NCBI GenBank assembly: GCA_045651865.1
Contig: JAZRTC010000021.1
Coordinates: 2,065 to 66,064, forward strand
Length of the DNA: 64,000 nt
Direction of reading: 5' to 3'
Source: Acutalibacteraceae bacterium
Lineage (GTDB): Bacteria; Bacillota; Clostridia; Oscillospirales; Acutalibacteraceae
Part shown: piece by piece, positions 45,495 to 54,108 of the stretch
How positions within the stretch are numbered: position 1 is the first letter of the stretch
How the letters are laid out: the number at the start of each line of letters is the position of its first letter
Program-made: the position numbers and the translations under genes
Notes under the pieces: model-generated
Told to the model about the DNA's origin: nothing
Seen by the model: the letters and a program-made list of their open reading frames with translations, nothing else
Database searches by the model: none

Positions 45495-48400
45495 ATGGAT
45501 TCCAGAGCTTTTATGAGAAAAGGCGAAAAAATAACACTATGTGAAGAAATTTCAGGAAATAAAAAAACATTTTCAATTATATCTAAAGACGGGGCAGGTT
45601 CATCATCTGTATCCTATATTGCAACTTGTGGAAGAAAAACGGGGCGACTGAAGGAGTTTTATCCTTGCGATCACAACAATGGCGAATTATTCGCAATTAT
45701 CCGTAAAAAAGACAACCAACTTTTTTGTTCCAATCAAAACGAAGAGGCAACCAAAACTTACGCTGCTATGATGGATGAATACATAGAATCCTATCATATT
45801 CTTGAAGATGCAAAAAAAGAAGCTGAAAAAGGAAACAATTCGTTTAGTACATTTATTCCAAGTTTTGAGATTTTCAGAGGTTGTGACGAAAATGGCAATG
45901 CAGGTGGAAGTGCGTATATTTGGACTATTGATAATACCGGAGATTTTGAAACGTTCGATAAGTATTTAGAAAAGGTCCACAAACACCCTTCTCGCAACCC
46001 AGCCAAGGCTCTTTTTGTAATTCTTAAAACTTTATATAACTTAACAGAGTGCGTAAAAACACTGCATACAGCCGGATTGATTCATAGTGACATTAAACCT
46101 GAAAACTTTGGATTTTCAATCAGAGATGGACGTCATTTGACTGAACAGGTTCAACTTTTCGATGTAAATTCCATTTATTCTGTTTATACAAACTTCCCCA
46201 CCTTTACAGGGACTGCAGGATTTTGTGCACCGGAAGTATTCAAAGGGAAAATCACCAATCAGTCTGATTTGTACTCAATTGGTGCAGTATTGTTTAATGC
46301 AGTTGCATTAGACGATGATATTAAAGATAGTTTGTATTCAGATGAATTTTACGCAAATATTGATGAAATCGTTGCGAATTCTAAATTGCTTAACGCAAGT
46401 CCTATTACAGCAAGTGTAAGATTCCAGGCTAAAATATCCGGAATTCTAAAAAAGTGCTTAGCTAAAGAACTGAGAAAAAGAATTGACAATTGTGACGAAC
46501 TCAAAAAAGATTTGCAGAGTGCATGTGCGTTGCTTATTCCGGCCCAATATAACGATATTCTTGATCTTGGAAGCGAGCTAAAAATAATTGATAAAGAATT
46601 GGAACAATTTAATGAAGCTGATTCGACATTTGCTTTCCAAAGTTTGATTTTTAACCATCCTCTTTACGAAAACGCAGACGATACCATCAAAATTCTTATT
46701 GCGGGCTTTGGTGTATATGGACAGCAGTTCCTGGATATTTGTTTGCAGGCAGGACAAATCAAGGGAAAAAAATTAGAGATTGCAGTTATAACACAAGATA
46801 AGGTGGCTTACAAAAAAGAATATTTGGATCAACGACCTGCCCTTATCGATTTCTTCGAGATAGATGGTGAAGGAGACACAAGTAGTACTAATTATGGAAA
46901 AATCACCTTTATCACGCCAGAAGAAGTTTTTGATGATCCGGAAACATCTGCAAGGTTCGCAAACGGATTTAGTAGAGGCACCAGCAGAGCTGATTTGCAG
47001 TACAACAAGGCACTCGCTCAAGAATTAATGCTTACTAAATGTGAATCAAGCTATGTATTCGTAGCTTTAGGCGAAGATCAATTGAACTTATCAGTAGCTA
47101 AGGCTTGTGCTAAAGTGGTATCTAGCTTTGCTGAATTAAAATGTACGGTAGCATGTGTTTGTAATGACAATAAAAATCACAAAGGAATTTTAACAGTTAA
47201 TGTAACAGCTAAGGCAAGTGAAAACAAAAGCTACGAGGAGATTGAGCGAATGGCATTTAATGCCCACCTCTCTTGGAATAGCCCGTTAAAGTTAAACATC
47301 AATCTGAGAAAAGCTAAGCGCGAGTTTTCGGATAAATATAATCACGATGCATCAGTTGCGTGTGTTCTGGCAATAAAAAATTCTCTATATTCGTGCGGAA
47401 TTGCATTAGATGATTTGTCGGAAGAGTCGATCGCAAAAGCAGCGAGTGAATATAGTGGTTTTATCAAAAGCAACAAGGATATCTTTGCCGAATTAGTTTA
47501 TGTAGAGCACAAACGGTGGGTTGTTGATAAAATCACAAACGGTTGGACATTTAGAAGCAATCTTACCGACTGTTTGTATGGTCCTATCAACGATAAGAAG
47601 AAAAAGCAGCATCCTTGTATTGTGAAAAGCAAAGTTGATTTCAATTTGGAAAAGTATTATAAGAATGCCTCAACTGGTAAGTGGTATAAGTCCAAGTGGA
47701 ATGAACGTTGTGATGATGATGGATTACTAGATGAATTAGACACAATATCTATTAAACTTCATAGGTTGTTCTTTGAAGCCGCAAAGGAAGTAAAAAGCAC
47801 CTTTTCTCTTAATGGAGAAGAAGTCAATAGAATTCAGTGGTTAATCAATGAGCATAAAGATTCTGTAATTGCCTTTAATGAGTGGATGCTGTGTTTAAAA
47901 CGTATTTGGGATATGGATGAAGCTCAGGCAAAATTCTATGATGGATATAGAGATGCCTTTTTGGAAACGATCTCCTCACTTTCAAAGCCAGAGCGAGAAG
48001 ATGTCATTAGGTATGTGAAAATTATTGATTCCAAAGTCACTCCAATTATTTTCGCATATAGAATGAGAGATTATAAGGCATCCGATAAAGATTTAATAAA
48101 TGCAATTCCGTTTATACTCACCAATCGAGAAAACAGAAGAGTATTTATTCCTTTGATGAATGGTGACAATACAGAGAGATTCAATAATGTAGCCTCAGCG
48201 ACATTGATTAATCCGGATACGATTACATATGGTGTTTACCTGAGAACTCATGATAATACAAAAGAATTTCTTGAAATAACAAATCATATTCTATCTTATA
48301 TGGATAAAAAGGATATCAAATCCAAATTAAAGTTTGCTTTGATTTATAGTGATAACGATAAGAAGATTAAGCAATCTATTGCTGAATTGATTGAGAAGCT

Positions 48401-49700
48401 AAGAAAGATGGATCCGCGAATCAAACAAATTTTTAACCTTCCTGTGTTAAATGAGGCCGATATCGCAACTACACTGTCCTCTCAAATAGTCGCTGATGCA
48501 TATGAAAATAATTCAGCTTACTTGTCTGCATTATTGGTTGGAGCTGGATTTTTCGCAAATAAGCCCACGTATAGTTTTGACTCATTTGATAAAAAGTTTG
48601 TTGTCTCAAATGGTTGCGAATGGCTCAACTATATAAGAAGTGGTCAATTTATCACCATTCCGGATATGTTATCTTTTAAGAGCTCTACAGGTGTCATGGA
48701 AGCATTACCTGAGTATGCTGAATATAAAGAACTCTGGAAGCTTTATAAAGGTACTAGCTACGCTTGGAAAGATATGTGCAAAGTACTTGAGAAGTTTGCA
48801 GACAGTAATGATTTGATTTCTAGTTTTAATATTCAAACCGACTTCACTAATGCAAAGACATTGGAATTTGTAATTCCAAATGAGCTGAGAGATAGTTATA
48901 ACCACATAATTTCTTATCTTAGGGATATTGCTCTTGCAATCGGCGAATCGTCACGCGTGGAGTATAAATCAATCGAATCGTGCAAAGTAACGATTGTTGT
49001 TGGTCAAAACAACATTGATGCAGCCAAGAAACTGTTTGCAAATCCTTATATGCTTATGAACCGTAGAAACATATCGATACGAACAAAGCCTAAAAAGGCG
49101 GAGATATTACTGAATAGTCTCGTTGTTAATGAGCTGAAGATGGATGATTATCCTGAATATTCAGATAAAAAGAAAAAAATTGGAGAGATTTTCCTAACAC
49201 TTCAAAAAGAAGGATATATCTACAATTTAAGAAATGTGGATAATCAAGTATTTTCTTTTGTTTATTCCACGAGACAAGCAAAGCAGTTAATGACAAGTGC
49301 AGGTAGAATTTTAGAAATATATGTTTATCACAAACTCCAAGAGTCTGGCTTTGATGATGTGGTAAGTGGGTATGAAATCAATTGGGGAGATACAGATGTA
49401 AAATCAGAATTTGACTGCATTGTTACCTCTGGTTTCAAATGTGCAATGATAGAATGTAAAGCACAGGATAAAATTTCCCAAGATTACTACTACAAGCATT
49501 CTTGCTTAGCAAAGCAATTTGGCATTAATGCAATACCTGTCTTAATTGCGGATACTCATGAAAGAGAGGATTGGGATAATAGTACAAACGAAATGCAGCG
49601 CGAACGCGGAAAAATGATGGGCGTTGTTACAGTATACGATCGTGACGATATCAGTAATATTGATATGACGCTTAGACGAATATTAAACGGCAAATACTAA
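45495..49700 (+). CDS. 1401-aa fusion: Hanks-type Ser/Thr kinase, Rossmann-like region, RyR-like region, unknown middle, C-terminal PD-(D/E)xK (DUF1887/Card1-like) nuclease
   Basis: Kinase: GRLKEF Lys, catalytic loop HSDIKPEN (res 197-204), LFDV, GTAGFCAPE, SDLYSIGAVLF. Rossmann-like: KILIAGFGVYGQQ (res ~399-412). RyR-like: VYVEHKRWVVDKITNGWTF...KKQHPCIV (res ~668-710). Nuclease: LEIYVYHKL...SEFDCIV...MIECKAQ (D1307, E1320, K1322). Confidence 0.75.
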   Translation: MDSRAFMRKGEKITLCEEISGNKKTFSIISKDGAGSSSVSYIATCGRKTGRLKEFYPCDHNNGELFAIIRKKDNQLFCSNQNEEATKTYAAMMDEYIESYHILEDAKKEAEKGNNSFSTFIPSFEIFRGCDENGNAGGSAYIWTIDNTGDFETFDKYLEKVHKHPSRNPAKALFVILKTLYNLTECVKTLHTAGLIHSDIKPENFGFSIRDGRHLTEQVQLFDVNSIYSVYTNFPTFTGTAGFCAPEVFKGKITNQSDLYSIGAVLFNAVALDDDIKDSLYSDEFYANIDEIVANSKLLNASPITASVRFQAKISGILKKCLAKELRKRIDNCDELKKDLQSACALLIPAQYNDILDLGSELKIIDKELEQFNEADSTFAFQSLIFNHPLYENADDTIKILIAGFGVYGQQFLDICLQAGQIKGKKLEIAVITQDKVAYKKEYLDQRPALIDFFEIDGEGDTSSTNYGKITFITPEEVFDDPETSARFANGFSRGTSRADLQYNKALAQELMLTKCESSYVFVALGEDQLNLSVAKACAKVVSSFAELKCTVACVCNDNKNHKGILTVNVTAKASENKSYEEIERMAFNAHLSWNSPLKLNINLRKAKREFSDKYNHDASVACVLAIKNSLYSCGIALDDLSEESIAKAASEYSGFIKSNKDIFAELVYVEHKRWVVDKITNGWTFRSNLTDCLYGPINDKKKKQHPCIVKSKVDFNLEKYYKNASTGKWYKSKWNERCDDDGLLDELDTISIKLHRLFFEAAKEVKSTFSLNGEEVNRIQWLINEHKDSVIAFNEWMLCLKRIWDMDEAQAKFYDGYRDAFLETISSLSKPEREDVIRYVKIIDSKVTPIIFAYRMRDYKASDKDLINAIPFILTNRENRRVFIPLMNGDNTERFNNVASATLINPDTITYGVYLRTHDNTKEFLEITNHILSYMDKKDIKSKLKFALIYSDNDKKIKQSIAELIEKLRKMDPRIKQIFNLPVLNEADIATTLSSQIVADAYENNSAYLSALLVGAGFFANKPTYSFDSFDKKFVVSNGCEWLNYIRSGQFITIPDMLSFKSSTGVMEALPEYAEYKELWKLYKGTSYAWKDMCKVLEKFADSNDLISSFNIQTDFTNAKTLEFVIPNELRDSYNHIISYLRDIALAIGESSRVEYKSIESCKVTIVVGQNNIDAAKKLFANPYMLMNRRNISIRTKPKKAEILLNSLVVNELKMDDYPEYSDKKKKIGEIFLTLQKEGYIYNLRNVDNQVFSFVYSTRQAKQLMTSAGRILEIYVYHKLQESGFDDVVSGYEINWGDTDVKSEFDCIVTSGFKCAMIECKAQDKISQDYYYKHSCLAKQFGINAIPVLIADTHEREDWDNSTNEMQRERGKMMGVVTVYDRDDISNIDMTLRRILNGKY

Positions 49701-49711
49701 TTCAAAACTCA

Positions 49712-49743
49712 TCCGACCATTCAATATTGTCTGGATGGTCGGA
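49712..49743 (+). other. Hairpin after the kinase-nuclease gene
   Basis: 9-bp stem TCCGACCAT / ATGGTCGGA with a weak T-run. Confidence 0.4.
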
Positions 49744-49778
49744 CGAAAACAATATATTTATTTTGAAAGGATACATGT

Positions 49779-50063
49779 ATGTATACACCAAAACCGATTG
49801 ATACAAAAAACATTGCACTTCCGGAAGAACTTCTCGCTCTGACTGAAAAAATCGCTGAGAATGTTCATGATGTATGGGCACAGGGCCGAATTTCTGAGGG
49901 TTGGACGTATGGCGAAACTAAGGATCCCGAGAAGAAAACCACACCGCTCCTTGTCCCATATGAAGAATTGGCCGACAGTGAGAAAGATTATGACCGTAAT
50001 ACTGCGTTAGAAACACTGAAGCTGATTGTTAAACTGGGTTATTCAATCAAAAAAGTAGAATAA
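49779..50063 (+). CDS. Stand-alone RyR (ryanodine-receptor repeat) domain protein
   Basis: LPEELLALTEKIAENVHDVWAQGRISEGWTYGETKDPEKKTTPLLVPYEELADSEKDYDRNTALETLKLIVKLGYSI fits the bacterial RyR-domain pattern. Confidence 0.75.
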   Translation: MYTPKPIDTKNIALPEELLALTEKIAENVHDVWAQGRISEGWTYGETKDPEKKTTPLLVPYEELADSEKDYDRNTALETLKLIVKLGYSIKKVE

Positions 50064-50136
50064 CCCCACCCCCTTCCCATTATGCACTAAATCATATGGT
50101 ATACTTCAATCATCGAAAACGAAAGAGGTATACCAT

Positions 50137-50370
50137 ATGAAAAAATGCAAAATTTTACACATCAATGATGGCACAGCAAAAGTGATAACCAATGGCGACA
50201 AACATTTTGCTGAAGAACATTCGTGGGCTGAGAATTTGATTGAAGGATATCTTAACCAAGGATATGAAGTTAAGCAAATGATTCCAAATTATACCCCTAA
50301 CATGCAAAAGACTGGTGAGTATTCATTCTTTATAGGCGGGTTTACTATCTATATGGAAAAGGAGGTATAA
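50137..50370 (+). CDS. Hypothetical protein (77 aa)
   Basis: AAAGAGG RBS. Its stop lies 1 nt before the next start. Confidence 0.5.
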   Translation: MKKCKILHINDGTAKVITNGDKHFAEEHSWAENLIEGYLNQGYEVKQMIPNYTPNMQKTGEYSFFIGGFTIYMEKEV

Positions 50371-50371
50371 T

Positions 50372-51187
50372 ATGTTTTCTGAAATTCTCCGATGCTATGA
50401 TGAGCTTATTGGCAAATTAAACTTATATAGTGTTCAAGAATGTGTGGACGCTTTTTTAACGATCAATCACAGTAGGATAGAAAAGAAAAAGGAATTATCG
50501 TCTAAAAATGAATTTGAGGTATACAAATATGCACAGCAATTAGTGAAGGAGTTTTTGGCTTCAGATGATGATTATGACTTTTTTGCCAAGATTGAAAAGA
50601 TTAGAAACAGAACGCTTGTTGAATACGCAGAACGCATTGAGAATAAATGCAAACAATGGGATGCGATTCTTGACATGAAGGAAGAACAATTTACATTGTT
50701 ACTCAAGGAACGGTTAGCTAAGAAACCAATTGGTTTTGGAAGTTCTGGTGACAAGAAATTAGAATGGTTCGTTATCGGTGTGGATCCCTTTCAATCTGCG
50801 GTTAAACTGTTCTTAACAGAGCCACAGTACCAAACTGTATTCAAGGACAACGGATATACAGATATAGACGATGATGAAATGTGTCCGGAATTAGCTTGTA
50901 GTTGGATGGGTTCAGATATTCGAAGGTGTCTAAATACAAAGGGATACAACAATGCGTTTTCTGATGTAGAGAAGCAGTTCGTTTTAAAAACTCGAAGACA
51001 TATCAATAAGAATGACTTTGTTATACAAAATGATATATCTGAGGATTATGTGTTTTTATTGGATTTAGATGAGTTTCTTATGCTTCCAGCCGAAATTCAG
51101 AATTGTGAAACAACTGTTGGAGGCGAATTTTACTGGTTGGCAGAACAAAAATCCCGTGGTTGGGACGATACCTGTGAGCTTCCGTAA
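50372..51187 (+). CDS. Hypothetical protein with DUF6273-like C-terminal region
   Basis: KLEWFVIGVD...WMGSDIRRCLNTKGYNNAFSDVEKQFV...DYVFLLDLDEF resembles the DUF6273 pattern. Confidence 0.45.
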   Translation: MFSEILRCYDELIGKLNLYSVQECVDAFLTINHSRIEKKKELSSKNEFEVYKYAQQLVKEFLASDDDYDFFAKIEKIRNRTLVEYAERIENKCKQWDAILDMKEEQFTLLLKERLAKKPIGFGSSGDKKLEWFVIGVDPFQSAVKLFLTEPQYQTVFKDNGYTDIDDDEMCPELACSWMGSDIRRCLNTKGYNNAFSDVEKQFVLKTRRHINKNDFVIQNDISEDYVFLLDLDEFLMLPAEIQNCETTVGGEFYWLAEQKSRGWDDTCELP

Positions 51188-51323
51188 ATATATGTAGTGG
51201 AGTGTAATACAGGGAAACTAAGCAATAGACCTGGTAATAATAGAGGATTGGTTAGACCTGGTATTATGATTTCATTAGATTATTTTACAAAGAATATTTA
51301 AAACGAAAGAAGAGGGTTTAATT

Positions 51324-51686
51324 ATGGGTAAAAATAATGATAAGTTTATTGATGAGTTAAAAACCAATTTTGACGGTCTTTTCGAAGATGAAGAGTTAAA
51401 AGAATTGAGTGAGGATCTCGATAATAGAATTATTTTAAACGACGAGTCCGGCAATGAGGTTGAATTCCAATTTTTAGATCTCATTGAATATCGTGGAGAG
51501 GAGTTCGTTGTGCTTCTACCTTGTGATGAAGCTGACGAAGCTGGCGAGGTTGTAATTTTAAAACTTGAAGACACCGATGATGAAGATACGGAATCGTATG
51601 CCAGTGTTGATGATGAATCCGTTCTAAACGCTGTCTTTGAAATTTTTAAAGATAAATTTAAGGATGAATTCAATTTTGTAGATTAA
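51324..51686 (+). CDS. DUF1292 family protein
   Basis: DESGNEVEFQFLDLIEYRGEEFVVLLP...VVILKLED...ESYASVDDESVLNAVFEIFKDKF. Confidence 0.65.
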   Translation: MGKNNDKFIDELKTNFDGLFEDEELKELSEDLDNRIILNDESGNEVEFQFLDLIEYRGEEFVVLLPCDEADEAGEVVILKLEDTDDEDTESYASVDDESVLNAVFEIFKDKFKDEFNFVD

Positions 51687-51704
51687 TAAGGGTGGGCAAA
51701 TGCA

Positions 51705-52067
51705 ATGGTCATAAATAAAAAATTGCGAACAGACCTGATTAAAGAAATGGAGAAAAAATATCCGAATGCGGCGATTTTATACCAAGATATATGGTTGCAT
51801 GCCGCATAGCTCTTTATGGATGATACTGACGAGCCTCCAATAAATAATGAGGAGGTTGAATTTTTGGAATATGCATATTCAGTAATAAAGGATAGAGGAG
51901 AACAACTGGATTCGTATTTTGAACACGAACTTTTACAAGTTCATGGAATGTTGGTAAGTTCAATTCATTGGAATAGAGCTGATTTGATTGAAAAAGCGGG
52001 ACTTTCAAAAGATTTTGCCGCTAAGATTGAAACCGAATTAGAAAGATTAGGACATTCCTTCATGTAG
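51705..52067 (+). pseudogene. ORF interrupted by a single in-frame TAG (51807-51809)
   Basis: A 34-codon ORF starting at ATG 51705 is in frame with track ORF 51816..52067, separated only by TAG-CTC-TTT. Confidence 0.45.
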
Positions 52068-52096
52068 CATCTAATGTATTTAGGGGAGCATTTTTA

Positions 52097-52798
52097 GTGA
52101 GTATTTATGTAACATCAGATTTACACGGTTATCCGTTGAAAAAACTTCAAAATAAACTTGAAGAAATCGAGTTTGGCTTCAATGATCATTTGTACATCTT
52201 AGGCGATTGTATCGACCGTGGTACGGATGGACTGCAACTCATTCGATGGATAATGGCGCAGCCAAATGTAACGTTGTTGCTCGGAAATCATGAAGCAATG
52301 CTTCTCGACAATAGGTTCCTTTTTGATGGTGATTCTATCCCTTCCGTTTTAGATCTTAAAGGAGAGCAACGTAATACTTACTGTGTTTGGACATCAAATG
52401 GCGGATACGAAACAATTGATTTGATGAGACAGTTTTCCGATGCGCAGATTAAACACATTTTTAGATTTCTTGAAAAAGCACCACTTTACAAGGAAATTGC
52501 AGTAAATGGAAAACAATATATTTTAACACATAGTGGACTAGGATCTTTTGCCGAAGATAAACTTCTTTCTGAGTATTCACGATTTGATTTAGTTTGGACT
52601 AGACCTTCGCTAAATACAAGATATTATGAGGATGGCAGAAAAGTAATTTTGGGACACACACCTACCGTTCTTTTAGGACCAGAACACAAAGGTAAACCGA
52701 TTTTTACCGATACATGGATTGGTATCGATGTAGGTGCCGGCATTGGAATGAACCCCGTTCTTCTTCGATTAGATGACTTGAAAGTGTTTTATTTTTGA
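52097..52798 (+). CDS. PPP-family metallophosphoesterase (Ser/Thr phosphatase 1 / lambda-PPase-like)
   Basis: SDLHGY, GDCIDRG, GNHE and LGHTP motifs. GTG start after GGGGAG. Confidence 0.8.
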   Translation: MSIYVTSDLHGYPLKKLQNKLEEIEFGFNDHLYILGDCIDRGTDGLQLIRWIMAQPNVTLLLGNHEAMLLDNRFLFDGDSIPSVLDLKGEQRNTYCVWTSNGGYETIDLMRQFSDAQIKHIFRFLEKAPLYKEIAVNGKQYILTHSGLGSFAEDKLLSEYSRFDLVWTRPSLNTRYYEDGRKVILGHTPTVLLGPEHKGKPIFTDTWIGIDVGAGIGMNPVLLRLDDLKVFYF

Positions 52799-52841
52799 AA
52801 ATCAATATATTTCAAATATCTACAATTTAATAATTTTATGT

Positions 52842-52877
52842 AAGCGAACTGGATTTTGACTCCGGTTCGCTTTTTTT
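52842..52877 (+). terminator. Rho-independent terminator
   Basis: Stem AAGCGAACTGG / CCGGTTCGCTT (one G-U pair) followed by T7. Confidence 0.75.
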
Positions 52878-52956
52878 ATATCCCCCTTAAAGCGGTCTTA
52901 TTAAATCGTGGTATATATAATATATCGATTACAAGAACTTCGCTGGAGGATGTAGT

Positions 52957-54108
52957 ATGGCTGAAATCACCGAGTTTATGAAATCTTATAAAGAAACAAG
53001 AATGGCTCCCTCAGCAATGAGTACGATATACTCGTCGGACCGAGCTGCCGTTAACTGCGTTGCTCTTATTACGAAGCAATCCTGGGAAGATGTGGTAAAA
53101 AGCTTGATTGAGCAAGCTCATTATCGTGGGAATATGCCATCGTATAAAACCTGCATTACTGACTTGTTTCGGAAAAGTGGTTTTACACCTATTCGATATA
53201 GCGGAAGAGTAAGCAAGTTGCTCGATGAATGCAATAATGTTTTTTCCTTGGCGCAAAAGTACATCATAAAGACGCATTACGGATATTTCGCGGTTGTTCC
53301 GGACAATGAATCGAAGAGATATTTTTTTGAGGGCTTGTGGCCGTCTACACGGCCTATTCGAGATAGTTGGGTTGACGAACTGTGGCTATATGTACCTGGG
53401 ATAGATAACCGTACCGGAATTAAACATGCTGTAAAAGAACGATCTGCACCCAAAGAAATTTTCAGTTTGGAATTCAAAAATATGAATCCGGAGAATAAAA
53501 GCACCGGTGATTGTAGTGTGCGAGGATTGTCGGCGGCATATGGATGTACTTGGCATGAGGCAATTGACCATATTGCAAAAACAATAAGATTCTCAGATCC
53601 AAGCCTCAATACTCGACCTAATATCAATATCACATTAAGTAAGCTTGGATTCGAACGACACAACCCAATCAAACGAGGAAACAAACTCCTTAATGGCAAA
53701 CAATTTTGCGAGCTGATGGACCATACATATCATGACGGAGAAAGAATCTTCGCTTATGTTGGTAGAAGTCACTGCGCAGCAATTCTTCCTATTAAACAAG
53801 AAGACGGTAGCGTCAAATATAAGATTCAGGATACTTGGGACAGTACTACAAGGTATATTGGAGAGTGGTTCGCTTATAAAGAACTGGCACCTGTTGTAGT
53901 ACCGGTCACACAATCCCAAAACTCGGTCTTTGAATGTAGCAAAACCGTTTATCATCCTCAGTTTGGCGAAGGGATAATTATATCAGCAACAGGTTTTGGA
54001 GACACAAGAATACTTGAAATTGAATTCAAGAAAGTCGGAATCAAAAAAATATCCGAAGCATGGTTAAGAAAGGTGGATAAAGAAAATGAAAAAATGTGTA
54101 TCATATGA
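52957..54108 (+). CDS. Hypothetical protein with two related Cys-containing modules and a C-terminal PcrA/UvrD-tudor-like tail
   Basis: Modules AAVNCVALITKQSWEDVV and TGDCSVRGLSAAYGCTWHEAI. Tail HPQFGEGIIISATGFGDTRILEIEFKKVGIKKI. Confidence 0.5.
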   Translation: MAEITEFMKSYKETRMAPSAMSTIYSSDRAAVNCVALITKQSWEDVVKSLIEQAHYRGNMPSYKTCITDLFRKSGFTPIRYSGRVSKLLDECNNVFSLAQKYIIKTHYGYFAVVPDNESKRYFFEGLWPSTRPIRDSWVDELWLYVPGIDNRTGIKHAVKERSAPKEIFSLEFKNMNPENKSTGDCSVRGLSAAYGCTWHEAIDHIAKTIRFSDPSLNTRPNINITLSKLGFERHNPIKRGNKLLNGKQFCELMDHTYHDGERIFAYVGRSHCAAILPIKQEDGSVKYKIQDTWDSTTRYIGEWFAYKELAPVVVPVTQSQNSVFECSKTVYHPQFGEGIIISATGFGDTRILEIEFKKVGIKKISEAWLRKVDKENEKMCII

